Assembly: GCA_018238155.1 (NCBI GenBank)
Contig: JABCTZ010000036.1
Coordinates: 384,001 to 448,000 of the forward strand
Direction of reading: 5' to 3'
Length of the DNA stretch: 64,000 nt
Origin: Candidatus Heimdallarchaeota archaeon
Lineage (GTDB): Archaea > Asgardarchaeota > Heimdallarchaeia > JABLTI01
Below, piece by piece: positions 20,537 to 31,800 of the stretch. Within the stretch, counting starts at the first letter, position 1. Every line of letters begins with the position of its first letter. A program made the position numbers and the translations under genes. The notes beneath the pieces are model-generated. The model was not told the DNA's origin, ran no database searches, and saw only the letters and a list, made by a program, of their open reading frames with translations.

Positions 20537-21292
20537 ATGAGCACTATTGAAAATGAAATTTTGACATTTGATGAAGTTATATCCACTCAAGAGTTAGCAA
20601 TGAAATATATTCGTGAACGAAAAAAAACTCATGGTTTAGTTCTAACTGCAACAAAACAAACAGGTGGACAAGGACGATTAGAGCGTAGTTGGTCATCTCC
20701 TATTGGTGGGCTCTGGATGACTACAATATATCAATGTAAAACACCTCTAGCTCAATTTGAAGGTTTTTCAGTTCGTTTGGGTTTGGAAATGATCAAGGAT
20801 TTTGAGAATTCAATTCCATTAAAATTTCAAATTAAATGGCCAAATGACTTGATAGTAAACAAGAAAAAAGTAGGTGGGATTTTGATTAATACACGAATAA
20901 AAGAAGATATTCTGACCGAACTCATAATTGGCATTGGTATCAATATTAATAATCAAACAGAAACATTACCTCCCGAAGTAGCATCAATTGCTACATCAAT
21001 GAGTGAAAACATGCTCGATAAGATTTCTATTAGTTCAGTTCAACACATTGTTCTTACAGCACAGAATAGGTTATTCCAAAATGTAGAAAGAAATGAGTTA
21101 GAAGATATTGCAGATATTTGGACCAAGAAATCTCTCAGTTATCAGAAAACTATTCGAGTAGTTACTCGAGAAGAAACATTGACCGGCGTAGAGCAAGGAA
21201 TTACTGAAAATGGTAGCTTAATTCTGAAAACAAATTCGAATGAATTAAAAACAGTTTCTATAGGAGATATTGAATTGCTGAGAATAAAATAA
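20537..21292 (+). CDS. birA: Biotin--protein ligase (no N-terminal HTH)
   Basis: STQ, QTGGQGRLERSWSSP, IKWPNDL, KKVGGIL and IGIGININ motifs. AGGAGA RBS. Confidence 0.93.
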   Translation: MSTIENEILTFDEVISTQELAMKYIRERKKTHGLVLTATKQTGGQGRLERSWSSPIGGLWMTTIYQCKTPLAQFEGFSVRLGLEMIKDFENSIPLKFQIKWPNDLIVNKKKVGGILINTRIKEDILTELIIGIGININNQTETLPPEVASIATSMSENMLDKISISSVQHIVLTAQNRLFQNVERNELEDIADIWTKKSLSYQKTIRVVTREETLTGVEQGITENGSLILKTNSNELKTVSIGDIELLRIK

Positions 21293-21316
21293 AAAATAGA
21301 AAGGGAAATTGATTCC

Positions 21317-22078
21317 CTACGCTTCAATTAATTGATTAACAAAAAATTCTCGTAATGCAACGAATGTTTCATGACGAGCTTGGGGGTTCGTAAGATTGTG
21401 ATCAGCATTTGGAATGATTTTAAATGCTTTTGGATTAAATGCTTTAGAGAAAAGATGTCTCATACCTTTCATTGGCATAAAACTATCTTTTGAACCTGTA
21501 ATAATCAGCAATGGTCTTGGTGAAATTCGATTAACACATCTTAATGGATTATTTCCTCGAATATCATTTTGCAATTTTTCCTTTACACCTGTTGCAGCTG
21601 TACGAACTAATCCTGATGCGGTTAATCCATCCCAGAGAGCATCAAAGTGAGGATAATTCACAACAAAATCGAAATCGAATAGTGGTGCTTGTAAAGCAAC
21701 TATTGCTACTCTTGGATCTCTCGATGCATGACATGTTACTAATGCTCCTCCCAGACTCACTCCATATAATCCGATTCTCATTGGATTTACTTTTGGATGA
21801 TTTGCTAAAAAGGAAATTACATAATCCAAGTTTTGGAGTGAAGCATGGATTGTCGTTTCTCCTTTACTTTTGTAAAAACCTGATAAATGAAATACAAAAT
21901 AAGCTATTCCGTTATCAGTTAAAAGTGATGCAAGAGCTTCTTCTTTAGCGAATTCATTTGAAACCAACCCATGAACTTTACAGACCACAGGATATTTCTT
22001 TCTATCATCATCTGGAAAGAAGAACGCAGCACTTATTGTGCTATTATAGTAATCGATCATTAATTCTTCTTTTTTCAT
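21317..22078 (-). CDS. Alpha/beta hydrolase, candidate trans-acting thioesterase
   Basis: HG oxyanion motif (VHGL), GVSLGG nucleophile, GSKD, ADH. Starts 14 nt after the BCCP stop. Confidence 0.8.
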   Translation of the reverse strand: MKKEELMIDYYNSTISAAFFFPDDDRKKYPVVCKVHGLVSNEFAKEEALASLLTDNGIAYFVFHLSGFYKSKGETTIHASLQNLDYVISFLANHPKVNPMRIGLYGVSLGGALVTCHASRDPRVAIVALQAPLFDFDFVVNYPHFDALWDGLTASGLVRTAATGVKEKLQNDIRGNNPLRCVNRISPRPLLIITGSKDSFMPMKGMRHLFSKAFNPKAFKIIPNADHNLTNPQARHETFVALREFFVNQLIEA

Positions 22079-22092
22079 TTTTTGTTTATCTC

Positions 22093-22584
22093 CTATTTTT
22101 CTTTATTTTGAATTGGTTTTACTTTTATCATCAATTGCCTAGCTACTACTTGATCACCGGTATTCACTAGAATTTTATCTACGATACCATTAATTGGTGA
22201 AAGAATTTCATTTCTCATTTTCATAGATTCGAGAATAAGTAGGCATTGTTGATCACTTACAACATCCCCAATTTTGACTTTTACATCAACTATTTTCCCA
22301 GGGATAGCTGCTTTGATATCTGCTTGTCTCTTTTGTTGAACTCCTTTCTTCAATTGTATTGTAGGTGAATGTCGAAAATCGAAATCTATTTCTTTGCCAT
22401 CAAGAAAAATAACATTGTCTTTGAATTCAATTCTGAATTCATGACCACTCACAAATACTTTATAGAATTTGCCATTAAAGATGACTTCAGGAGTAAAACT
22501 ATAATTTTCTACGATTATTTTTTTATCGGTTTTTTCTAATTCTAAATTAATACCATTTAGAGATATTTTGTACCTGTTTTCCAT
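22093..22584 (-). CDS. accB: Biotin carboxyl carrier protein
   Basis: IKAAIPGKIV...LESMKMRNEI biotinyl-Lys motif. TAATG overlap with the accC stop at 22584. Confidence 0.92.
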   Translation of the reverse strand: MENRYKISLNGINLELEKTDKKIIVENYSFTPEVIFNGKFYKVFVSGHEFRIEFKDNVIFLDGKEIDFDFRHSPTIQLKKGVQQKRQADIKAAIPGKIVDVKVKIGDVVSDQQCLLILESMKMRNEILSPINGIVDKILVNTGDQVVARQLMIKVKPIQNKEK

Positions 22585-24059
22585 TAGTAATCTCTCCTAA
22601 TTGCGTCTAGTCTTCCTTTCATTCGCCATTGGTTCGATTGATCTGGAAGGTTTGTTTCATTCTTCCTCATCCCTACGGCGAATAAAGCACTTGCTTGTAA
22701 ACAGATACGTTTTTTTAATTTCTCAAGGATATTTCGCTCTTCAATAAATTTAATGCTTATATCCCCTGATTTGAATTTTTCATCATTAAATAACTCTTCA
22801 AAAAATGGTATGTTGGTTGCAAAACCAAGGATAGATAATTCCTTTAGAGCCATTTTAGCTCGAACTATCGCTTCTTCTCGTGTCTCATCTGCAACAATCA
22901 GTTTTCCTATTAATGAATCATAACAATCTGGGATAGTAAATCCTTCATATATTGCAGTATCAAAACGAACTTGTGGTCCTCCTGGTGCAGTGAATTTCCT
23001 GACTCGTCCTGGAGTCGGGCGGAAATCCAATAAAGGATCTTCTGCATTGATCCTTAACTCCATTGCATGACCCCTAAATTTAATATCAGATTGTTTAAAG
23101 GATAAATGTTCTCCTTTAGCAATTCTAATTTGTTCTTTAACAATGTCTTTTCCAGTTAACATCTCTGTGACAGGGTGTTCGACTTGAATTCTTGGGTTCA
23201 CTTCATTGAAAAGGATATTACTATCCTTTAAGAGGAATTCAACAGTCCCTGCATTTCTGTATTTTACTCGTCGAGCTAATTTACAGACTAATCTTCCAAT
23301 TCTTTTTCGCTCATCATGAGAAATTACTGTTGAAGGTGCTTCTTCAAGCAATTTCTGATTTCTGCGCTGAATAGAACATTCTCTTTCTCCCAAATGAACT
23401 ACTTTGCCATAGTTATCAGCAATAATTTGGAATTCAATATGTCTAGGATGTTCTAAGAATTTTTCTAAAAATACTTCACCACGTCCAAAAGCAGCTTCTG
23501 CTTGAGCACTTGCACTTGCAATCGCAGGATGCAACTCCTTGGCATTTTCTGCTTTTTGTATGCCCATTCCACCACCACCATAGACAGCTTTTACTAGAAT
23601 AGGATAACCAATTCTTCTCGCTTCGCGATTAGCATGATTTTCATTTCGAATAATATCTGAACCAGGAGGTACTGTTAAGCCTACTCTTCTAGCTAAATCT
23701 CGAGACTTTACTTTATTTCCTAAAAGCTCAATAACCTCAGGAGGTGGTCCAACATAGACTATTCCTTCTGCAATGAGTTTCTTAGCAAACATTTCGCTTT
23801 CAGAAAGAAACCCATAGCCTGGATGAACACTTTCAATATTTAATCTATTACAAATAGCAAAAATTTGGTCTATGTCCAAATAACCCGGTTGGTCATTAAA
23901 TTCTTCTAATTCTATTGCCTCATCTGCAAGTTTAACATGAAGGGCATTTTTATCTACAGAAGTATAAATTGCGTAAGTTTTTACACCGAGCTCTCTTGCG
24001 GCTCGAATAATGCGTATAGCAATTTCACCTCTATTTGCAACTAACAGACTACTGAACAT
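22584..24059 (-). CDS. accC: Biotin carboxylase
   Basis: VANRGEIA, HPGYGFLSE, GGGGMG, ERECSIQRRNQKL and EVNPRIQVEHPVTE motifs. Confidence 0.95.
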   Translation of the reverse strand: MFSSLLVANRGEIAIRIIRAARELGVKTYAIYTSVDKNALHVKLADEAIELEEFNDQPGYLDIDQIFAICNRLNIESVHPGYGFLSESEMFAKKLIAEGIVYVGPPPEVIELLGNKVKSRDLARRVGLTVPPGSDIIRNENHANREARRIGYPILVKAVYGGGGMGIQKAENAKELHPAIASASAQAEAAFGRGEVFLEKFLEHPRHIEFQIIADNYGKVVHLGERECSIQRRNQKLLEEAPSTVISHDERKRIGRLVCKLARRVKYRNAGTVEFLLKDSNILFNEVNPRIQVEHPVTEMLTGKDIVKEQIRIAKGEHLSFKQSDIKFRGHAMELRINAEDPLLDFRPTPGRVRKFTAPGGPQVRFDTAIYEGFTIPDCYDSLIGKLIVADETREEAIVRAKMALKELSILGFATNIPFFEELFNDEKFKSGDISIKFIEERNILEKLKKRICLQASALFAVGMRKNETNLPDQSNQWRMKGRLDAIRRDY

Positions 24060-24102
24060 GATGTCATCTCACATTCTTTGCTTCTATAAAGTATTAGTGT
24101 AT

Positions 24103-24224
24103 TTTTACTGTAAAATGATTCAATTTGTTTATCTAGAAAGCAAATTTTACTGTAATATACAGTATATTTTTTATATAGCTTATTCTGATTGTAAACTACA
24201 CAGTTTGGCACATTGTACTGTGTA
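24103..24224. promoter_or_regulatory. Divergent accC/pccB promoter region with three related inverted repeats (candidate operators)
   Basis: TTTTAC-T-GTAAAA (24103-24115), TACTGTA-ATA-TACAGTA (24148-24164) and TACACAGT-N12-ACTGTGTA (24197-24224). Confidence 0.5.
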
Positions 24225-24239
24225 ACAGGAGATTTGGCA

Positions 24240-25838
24240 ATGAATCTGAACACAGAGCTTGGCACGCAAAAAGATATGATAAAAAAATCCAATTCGGAAA
24301 AAAAGAATGAGGAATTATTAGAAAAACGCGAAGAAGCTCTTATGGGTGGAGGGCAAAAAGCTATTGATAAGCAATCGGAGAAAGGTAAGCTTACTGCTCG
24401 ACAAAGAGTGGAGTTACTACTTGATCCAGGTACTTTTTCTGAAACAAATATGTTCGTCCGACATAATTGTAGCAATTTCAACCTAGAAAAAAAGAAATTT
24501 TATACTGATGGAGTCGTCACAGGATTCGGACAAGTAAATGGGAAGTTAGTTTATGTGTACAGTCAAGATTTTACTATACTAGGAGGAAGTCTTGGTGAAG
24601 CACAAGCCAAAAAAATCGCTTACACAATGGATCAAGCTCTTCAAAATGGTGCTCCATTGATTGGATTCAATGATTCCGGTGGAGCTCGAATCCAAGAAGG
24701 AGCTAATTCATTAGCAGGATATGGTGACATTTTCATAAGAAATGTCCGTGCATCGGGTGTCATTCCTCAAATTTCTTGTATGGTTGGTCCCTCTGCAGGA
24801 GGAGCTGTTTATTCTCCCGCACTTACAGATTTCGTCATTATGACAGAAGATACCTCTTACATGTTCGTAACAGGTCCTTCAGTTGTTAAAGCTGTTACAG
24901 GAGAAGATGCAACTTTTGAGGAACTAGGCGGAGCATCTATCCATAGTGCAAATTCTGGTATAGCACATTTAACAGGTTCAGATGAAATCGAATCTATTGA
25001 ATTTATCAAATTGCTTCTATCCTATCTTCCTTCAAATAATCTCGAAGATCCTCCAATAAAAAAAATTACTGTTACAAATGATGCTGATCTTGAGTGCTTA
25101 AACAGTGTCATTCCTGAAGACCCTCAAATTCCTTATGATGTTCGTGAGATTATTTTAAGAGTAGTCGATAAAGGTAATTTTCTTGAGATTCAGAAAAAAT
25201 GGGCTCAGAATATCATTGTTGGTTTTAGCCGATTAAATGGATATCCAATTGGTATTGTAGCTAATCAACCAAATAATCTCGCTGGAGCACTTGATATAAA
25301 TGCCTCTTCAAAAGCTGCCAGATTCATACGATTCTGTGATGCATTTAATATTCCAATTATTTCTTTTGTAGATGTTCCCGGCTTCTTGCCTGGATTAGAT
25401 CAAGAACACAACGGTATCATTAAACATGGTGCAAAATTAATCTATGCTTACGCTGAAGCAACTGTTCCTAAATTAACAGTTATTACTCGAAAGGCATATG
25501 GTGGTGCTTACATTGTTATGGGCTCAAAACATTTAGCCACCGACATGAATTTTGCCTGGCCATCTGCAGAAATTGCCGTTATGGGTGCAGAAGGAGCAGT
25601 ACAAGTTCTTTATAGAAGGGATTTAGCTAAATCAGATGACAAAGAAACCTTACTTGAAGAATTGAAAAATGAATTCATTGAGGAATTCAATAACCCCTAT
25701 TTAGCTGCAGAAAAAGGATACATCGATGATGTTATCTTGCCAAGTGAAACAAGAAGAAAACTCATTGCAGCACTTTGGCCCCTACTCAGGAAGAGAGATA
25801 AACTTCCAAACAAAAAACATGGAAATGTACCTCTTTAG
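24240..25838 (+). CDS. pccB: Acyl-CoA carboxylase carboxyltransferase subunit (PccB/AccD type)
   Basis: GKLTARQRV, DSGGARIQEG, AGGAVYSPALTD, DVPGFLPG and KKHGNVPL motifs. ACAGGAGA RBS before ATG 24240. Confidence 0.93.
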   Translation: MNLNTELGTQKDMIKKSNSEKKNEELLEKREEALMGGGQKAIDKQSEKGKLTARQRVELLLDPGTFSETNMFVRHNCSNFNLEKKKFYTDGVVTGFGQVNGKLVYVYSQDFTILGGSLGEAQAKKIAYTMDQALQNGAPLIGFNDSGGARIQEGANSLAGYGDIFIRNVRASGVIPQISCMVGPSAGGAVYSPALTDFVIMTEDTSYMFVTGPSVVKAVTGEDATFEELGGASIHSANSGIAHLTGSDEIESIEFIKLLLSYLPSNNLEDPPIKKITVTNDADLECLNSVIPEDPQIPYDVREIILRVVDKGNFLEIQKKWAQNIIVGFSRLNGYPIGIVANQPNNLAGALDINASSKAARFIRFCDAFNIPIISFVDVPGFLPGLDQEHNGIIKHGAKLIYAYAEATVPKLTVITRKAYGGAYIVMGSKHLATDMNFAWPSAEIAVMGAEGAVQVLYRRDLAKSDDKETLLEELKNEFIEEFNNPYLAAEKGYIDDVILPSETRRKLIAALWPLLRKRDKLPNKKHGNVPL

Positions 25839-25895
25839 TACATTTTATATGATTTTTTTTATTGTAACCAAAAATTTAAACAGGAGATATTTTAA

Positions 25896-28800
25896 ATGGT
25901 TGCTGATACAAGATTTAATCAAATAATGGAAAATAAAAAACCGATATTGGCATTTAATCCTTTAGGACTCAATGATCTAGGATTAGTAAAAGCAGTAAAC
26001 AAAGCAGGTGGCATAGGTTTAATTAATCTTGAACGTATGACAGCTCAAGGATACCAAGCAATATTAATAAAATGCTTGTCAGAAATTACAAATATTGTTG
26101 GAATTCGAGTAGTAAATAAAGATCAATTGAATTTCATTTTGGAACACTCCTCAAAACAACAAAGTTTGATACTCATTATTGCTGATGTTTCTCTAAGCAA
26201 AGAGCAAATAAAATTGGCAAAAGAAAAAAGAATGTCACTTATTGCAGAAGTTATTTCATTAGAAGAAGCTTATGATAAAAAGTGGGCTGATGTTTTTCTA
26301 TTAAAAGGTGCAGAAGCTGGCGGAAGAGTTAGTGATGAAACTTCCTTCATTCTTACTCAGCAATTTGCAGAGGCTGGACTTGAATTCATTGTTCAAGGTG
26401 GAGTCGGTATTTATACTACTCCAGCACTCTTTGCTGCTGGAGCTAAAGCTGTTGTGCTTGATACACAATTGTATACTATGCCTGAATGCCCCTTATCAAA
26501 GGAAGTAAAAGATTTTCTTGTTAAACTTGATGCAACTGATACAAAAATTATTGGTGATTCAACAAGTTACAAATACAGAGTATATGCTCGCTTAGCAACA
26601 AAAATCGTTAAAGATTTTATCAAGATTGAGAAAGATCTTCTTGGTTTATCTCTTGAAGAGCGGACAAAGAAAATTAAACAAAAAATAGAAGATGAGAAGG
26701 AATCTTTCAATAGCCCTACTTTAGCTAATTGTCTGCTACCAATAGGTCAAGATGTTTCTTTTATTAACATCTTTTCAAAGAGATTTTCATCTGTGGAAGA
26801 AGTTTTTGACGGTCTTCTTGAACAAACTAAAAAACAAATCAAAAATACTCTTGATAATTATCCTTTCAAAAGTGGTTCTGATTTAGCAAAAGATTTGGGA
26901 ATAAAATATCCCTTAATTCAAGGTCCAATGGCTAATATTTCCGAAAGCCCTGAATTTGCCAAAATCATTGCAGAAGAAGGAGCTCTTCCTATTCTTGCTC
27001 TTGGTTCTCTGTTCAAAAACCAATCCAGAAATTTAATCAAGAAAACTAAGGAAACATTAGGCTCTCTTCCGTTTGGTTGTGGAATCATTGGTTTAGATGC
27101 TAATGCTACTGCTCGAGATAACCATTTAGTGATAATTAAAGAAATACAACCATCATTGGTTGTTGTAGCTGCTGGAACAATTGATTTAGCAAAGGAAGTT
27201 ATGAGTTATGGTGACATTAAGACTTTCTTACATTCACCCTCTCCCTTGATTTTTTCAGAAGCAATTGAAACTGATGTTAGATACTTGGTTCTAGAAGGTA
27301 TGGAATGTGGTGGCCATATTGGTATTTTAACTAGTTTTGTTTTATGGGAACTATCCCTACATCAACTAGTACGATTACAAGATAAAATAAAAGCAAGTGG
27401 AAAGAAGATCAATGTAGCTTTTGCTGGTGGCATTGGAGATCGATTTTCTGCTGCAATGGTTGCAGTTATTGCGTCAGCTTTACCTGACCTAATGAACAGT
27501 GCACTATGGGTAGGTACAGCTTATATTCTTACAGAAGAAATTGTTGATACTGGTGCAGTAAAACCTCTTTATAGAGAACAAGCATTAGATGCTAAAGAAA
27601 CAGTTCTTCTTGGTGAGACTGTAAGCATTCGAGCCAGAACAATTCCAACACCATATGCTAAAGTTATTGTTGAACGAGAACTAGAACGAATAAAGGACGG
27701 TATAAGTCTCAAAGAACGTAAACATCTCTTCGAAAGAGATAATCTGGGTTCAACTCGTATAGCTGCATTAGGTGAAATTTGGAATCCTGATGGAGAAGAT
27801 GATAAACCAAATAGATTTGTACCAATTGATGAAAAAGGTCAATACGAAAAAGGAAATTATATGATAGGTCAGATAGTTGGTAGTTTACGAAGTATTCGTA
27901 CTGTAAAGGATCTTCATATGGAATTAATTGAAGAGTCAAAAAGAGTTGTTAGTACCAAAGGAAAAAGTATTACCAAACAATTTGAAGCTAAAGATGATTC
28001 TGTTAAAACAATTAATTCGCAAATTGAACATGATCATACAAGTCCAATACCTGATGATATCCCTCATGGTGAGGGTGTTGCAATTGTTGGTTTAGGTGGA
28101 ATCTTTCCAGATGCATTAAATATTGATCAATATTGGAAAAATATTACTTTAGGACTTTATTCAGTAAAAGAAATACCAAAAGAAAGATGGTCCAATGACC
28201 TTAGCCTCTTTTATTCTCCTGACCCATTTGAACCCGATAAAACATATGCGAAAATTGCTGCAACAATTGATGATTTCAAATTCAATTCATTGGAATTTAA
28301 AATACCTCCAAAAGTTGCTCTAAGGATGGATCGCGTTCAGCAATTCGCTTTGGTAGCTGCAAAAGAAGCTCTAATTGATGCCAATATTTTAGATAAAGAT
28401 AATTCAAACACAGCTGTTATTATTGGAAACAGTATGGGTGGAGAGATTCGAGTGGATTACAATAGAAGAATTTTCTTACCTGAAACCTATCGTTCTTTGG
28501 AAAAATGTGCTTCTTTTAGTAATATTGACAAAGGTGTTTGGAAGAAAGTCAAAGAAGAATTAAAAGTGATTTATGACAGCGATCTTTTGTCAATAAATGA
28601 GGACTCGATGCCTGGAGAATTATCTAATGTAATTGCAGGTCGAGTAGCCAATGTCTTCAATCTTCGAGGTAAAAGTATGACCTGTGATGCTGCTTGTGCA
28701 TCAAGTTTAGCTGCTTTGAATATCTCCGTTAAAGGATTACTAGATAATGAGTACGATGTTGTTCTTTGTGGTGGATCAGATTGTTCATTAGATGCGTCCA

Positions 28801-31800
28801 TTTTTGTTAAATTTGCAAAAATTGGTGCAATCTCTGCAGAAGGTTCATATCCATTTGATAAAAGAGCAAATGGTTTTGTAATGGGTGAAGGTGCTGGGTT
28901 TGTTGTTCTTAAACGTCTTTCTGATGCAGAAAGAGATGGTGATAAAATTTATGCTGTTATTCGAGGATTAGGCGCAGCAAGTGATGGAAAAGGTAAAGGT
29001 ATCACAGCACCAAATCCAATAGGACAAAAACTAGCCATTCAAAGAGCATTAGATCAAGCAGGAGTAACCTTCCCTGACATACAATTTATCGAAGCTCATG
29101 GAACTGCTACTGGTGTAGGTGATGTTGTTGAAATGGCTGTTTTGAATGAGATGGCAGAAAACACGCCCAAATCATCAATAGTCATTAGCTCAGTTAAAAG
29201 TCAAATAGGTCATCTAAAAAGTGCTGCGGGAATTGCTTCTACAATCAAAACTGCTCTGGCACTTTACCATAAAAAATTCCCTCCAACAGCCAATTTCAAA
29301 TATCCAAATCCAAAAGTTGCCTGGGAAACTTCACCATTTTATGTTACAACTGAAGTAAAGGATTGGCCTCAACCAGTTTCTGGTCATCGAATTGCAGGAA
29401 TATCTTCTTTTGGTTTTGGTGGAACAAACTTTCATGCTATTATGGAAGAATATATTCCTGGAGAAACCATTGGTCATCTACCTAAATTATTTACAAAAGA
29501 AGAATTGGACTCATTAGTTTTACGTGTTAGTCAAATGGCTTTACATTCTGGTGATGGGCAAGGTTTCACAACTGTGTTTGATGAAGCATCCTGGGAGAAT
29601 TTTTACAACGAAAATATAGTATTAGAAACAGAACCCCTCTTTGTAGGAGGAACCTCAGATGCAGCCTTACTTAAAAATTTGAAAGCATTAAAAACAAAAA
29701 TACCCAAGAGTACTTTTGCTTTGAATGGAACAGGGACTCGTATACATGATTTTAGTCAAGAAACAATGTCTGCTCTTTCTCAGAAGAAAAGAATAGGTAT
29801 TGTATCAAAATCATTAGACGATTTACCTTCTCTAATTGATTCTGCAATATCTGGACAACAAGATAAAGCTAAGAGATTGATATTAAGAAATAAAGGAATA
29901 TTCTATGGAGAAGATCACTCTCTTGGAAAAATTGCTTTTATGTTTCCAGGGCAAGGTAGTCAATATGTTAGGATGGGCAAAGAGCTCTGGGATAAGTATG
30001 ATATTGTAAAAGAAGCTTTTAAAGAAGCTGATGAAGTAACTCAAACCGAACTTGGTTTCTCCCTTACAGAGATAATTTTTGCTATAGGAAAAGATGATGC
30101 AGAAGCAAAAGCATTACTGAGAAAAACAGAAGTAACGCAACCGGCAATCTTTGCTGTTAATATAGGCATTTACCGGTTATTGCGTTCATTTGGTATAAAA
30201 CCTGATTTTGTTGCTGGACATAGTTTAGGAGAATATGCAGCACTTGTTGCTTCAGGGATTGTTAGTTTCAAAGATGGCTTAATGGCTGTAATTCCTCGTG
30301 GAAAAGCAATGTCTCTTTTTGAATCAGATGATAATGGAATGATGGCTTCAGTAAGCTCTGATGCTGAAACAATAGAAGAAGTTTTGAAAAGTGTGAAAGG
30401 TTATGTTATTGCTGCTAATAAAAATACTCCAAGTCAAACAGTAATATCCGGAGCATCTCCTGCAATAAAAGAAGCAATCAAGATTTTCATAGAAAAAGGT
30501 ATTACTGCAATTCCTTTACCCGTTTCCGCAGCATTTCATTCAGAAATAGTTGCTCCCGCAGAAAAATTCCTAAGAGAATCGTTAGAAAAGCTTACCTTTA
30601 ACAAACCTTCAATTGCTCTTTCAAGCAATGTTACAGGAGGTATATATCCTGAAACAAGGCAAGAAATTATTGATCTACTTTGTAAACAAGTGTATTCTCC
30701 TGTTGAATGGATGAAACAAATTGAAAATATGTATGAGGAATATGGAGTAAGAACCTTCATTGAAATAGGACCAAAATACGTTCTAACAAGTTTTGCTAAA
30801 TCTGTTCTTAACGATAAGAAAGACTTTGTAGCTCTTGCATCAAACCATCCAAAGAGAGGAGCTATGCAACATCTCAATGAAGTGTTGGCTGCTCTTGGTG
30901 CTTTTGGCTATCCTCTCAAAATTCCTAATAAGGATGATTCTATTTACAGTGAAGAGTTTAGAAATCCAACAAAGAGATTCTTCAAGAGGAAGGCAATTTC
31001 AATCCCGTCAATTGCTCCTTCAACTAGTACACCTAAGGTTATTACTAAAGAATCTCCCTTTGATGTATTAGCTTTTGGTGATTTGGCTTCGATAACAAAA
31101 AATGATGATTTTAACGACTACTTAGAATTACAAGCACCAGCTATCAATGCATTTCTTAAAGCAGGTTATGATACATACCAGAATATAATCGCAAAAGCAT
31201 TAGAGACTAAAAAAGAAATAGACAGGCTGAACATTAATACAGATGCTGTTGGAGTTACAGGCATTGCAATCGGGTTGCCGGGTAAAAATCGCAAGGTATT
31301 CGATGATTCTAATTTCGATGCAATCCTCTCTGGTCAGAATTTCATAGAAAAAACCTCCGTTCAATTGAGAGAAAAGATAGTTGAAAAGAATATAGTACGA
31401 CTAGTGAAAGATGCTGTTAAAGGAGCACAATTCCAATCAATAACTGATGTAAGTGAAGTTATTAAACTTGCAGCTCAAAAAGGAGAGTTTGATCTTACAA
31501 AAGATTATGGTGTACAAGCAGAATTTACAGAGATTTTTGATGTAACATTTCAATTAGCATTAGCCGCTGGAATTGAAGCACTTAAAGATGCCGGCATTCC
31601 ATTAATGCCTTTGAAAATTAAAACATCTGTTGGAAAAGAAATCTCCAAAGGTTGGGTATTGCCGGAATCAATGAGAGATGAAACAGGTATTGTTTTCGCT
31701 TCTGCTTTTCCTGCAAGTAACAATCTAATTTCAATTGTATCTCAATCCCTTGCAGATAAATATGCATCAAAGCATAAGGACGAAACAATTTTACTTTTCG

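Noticed and set aside
24041-24481. 146-aa minus-strand ORF and the many other short antisense or nested ORFs in the track
   Set aside because: They overlap well-supported genes and have no motifs. They are shadow ORFs.
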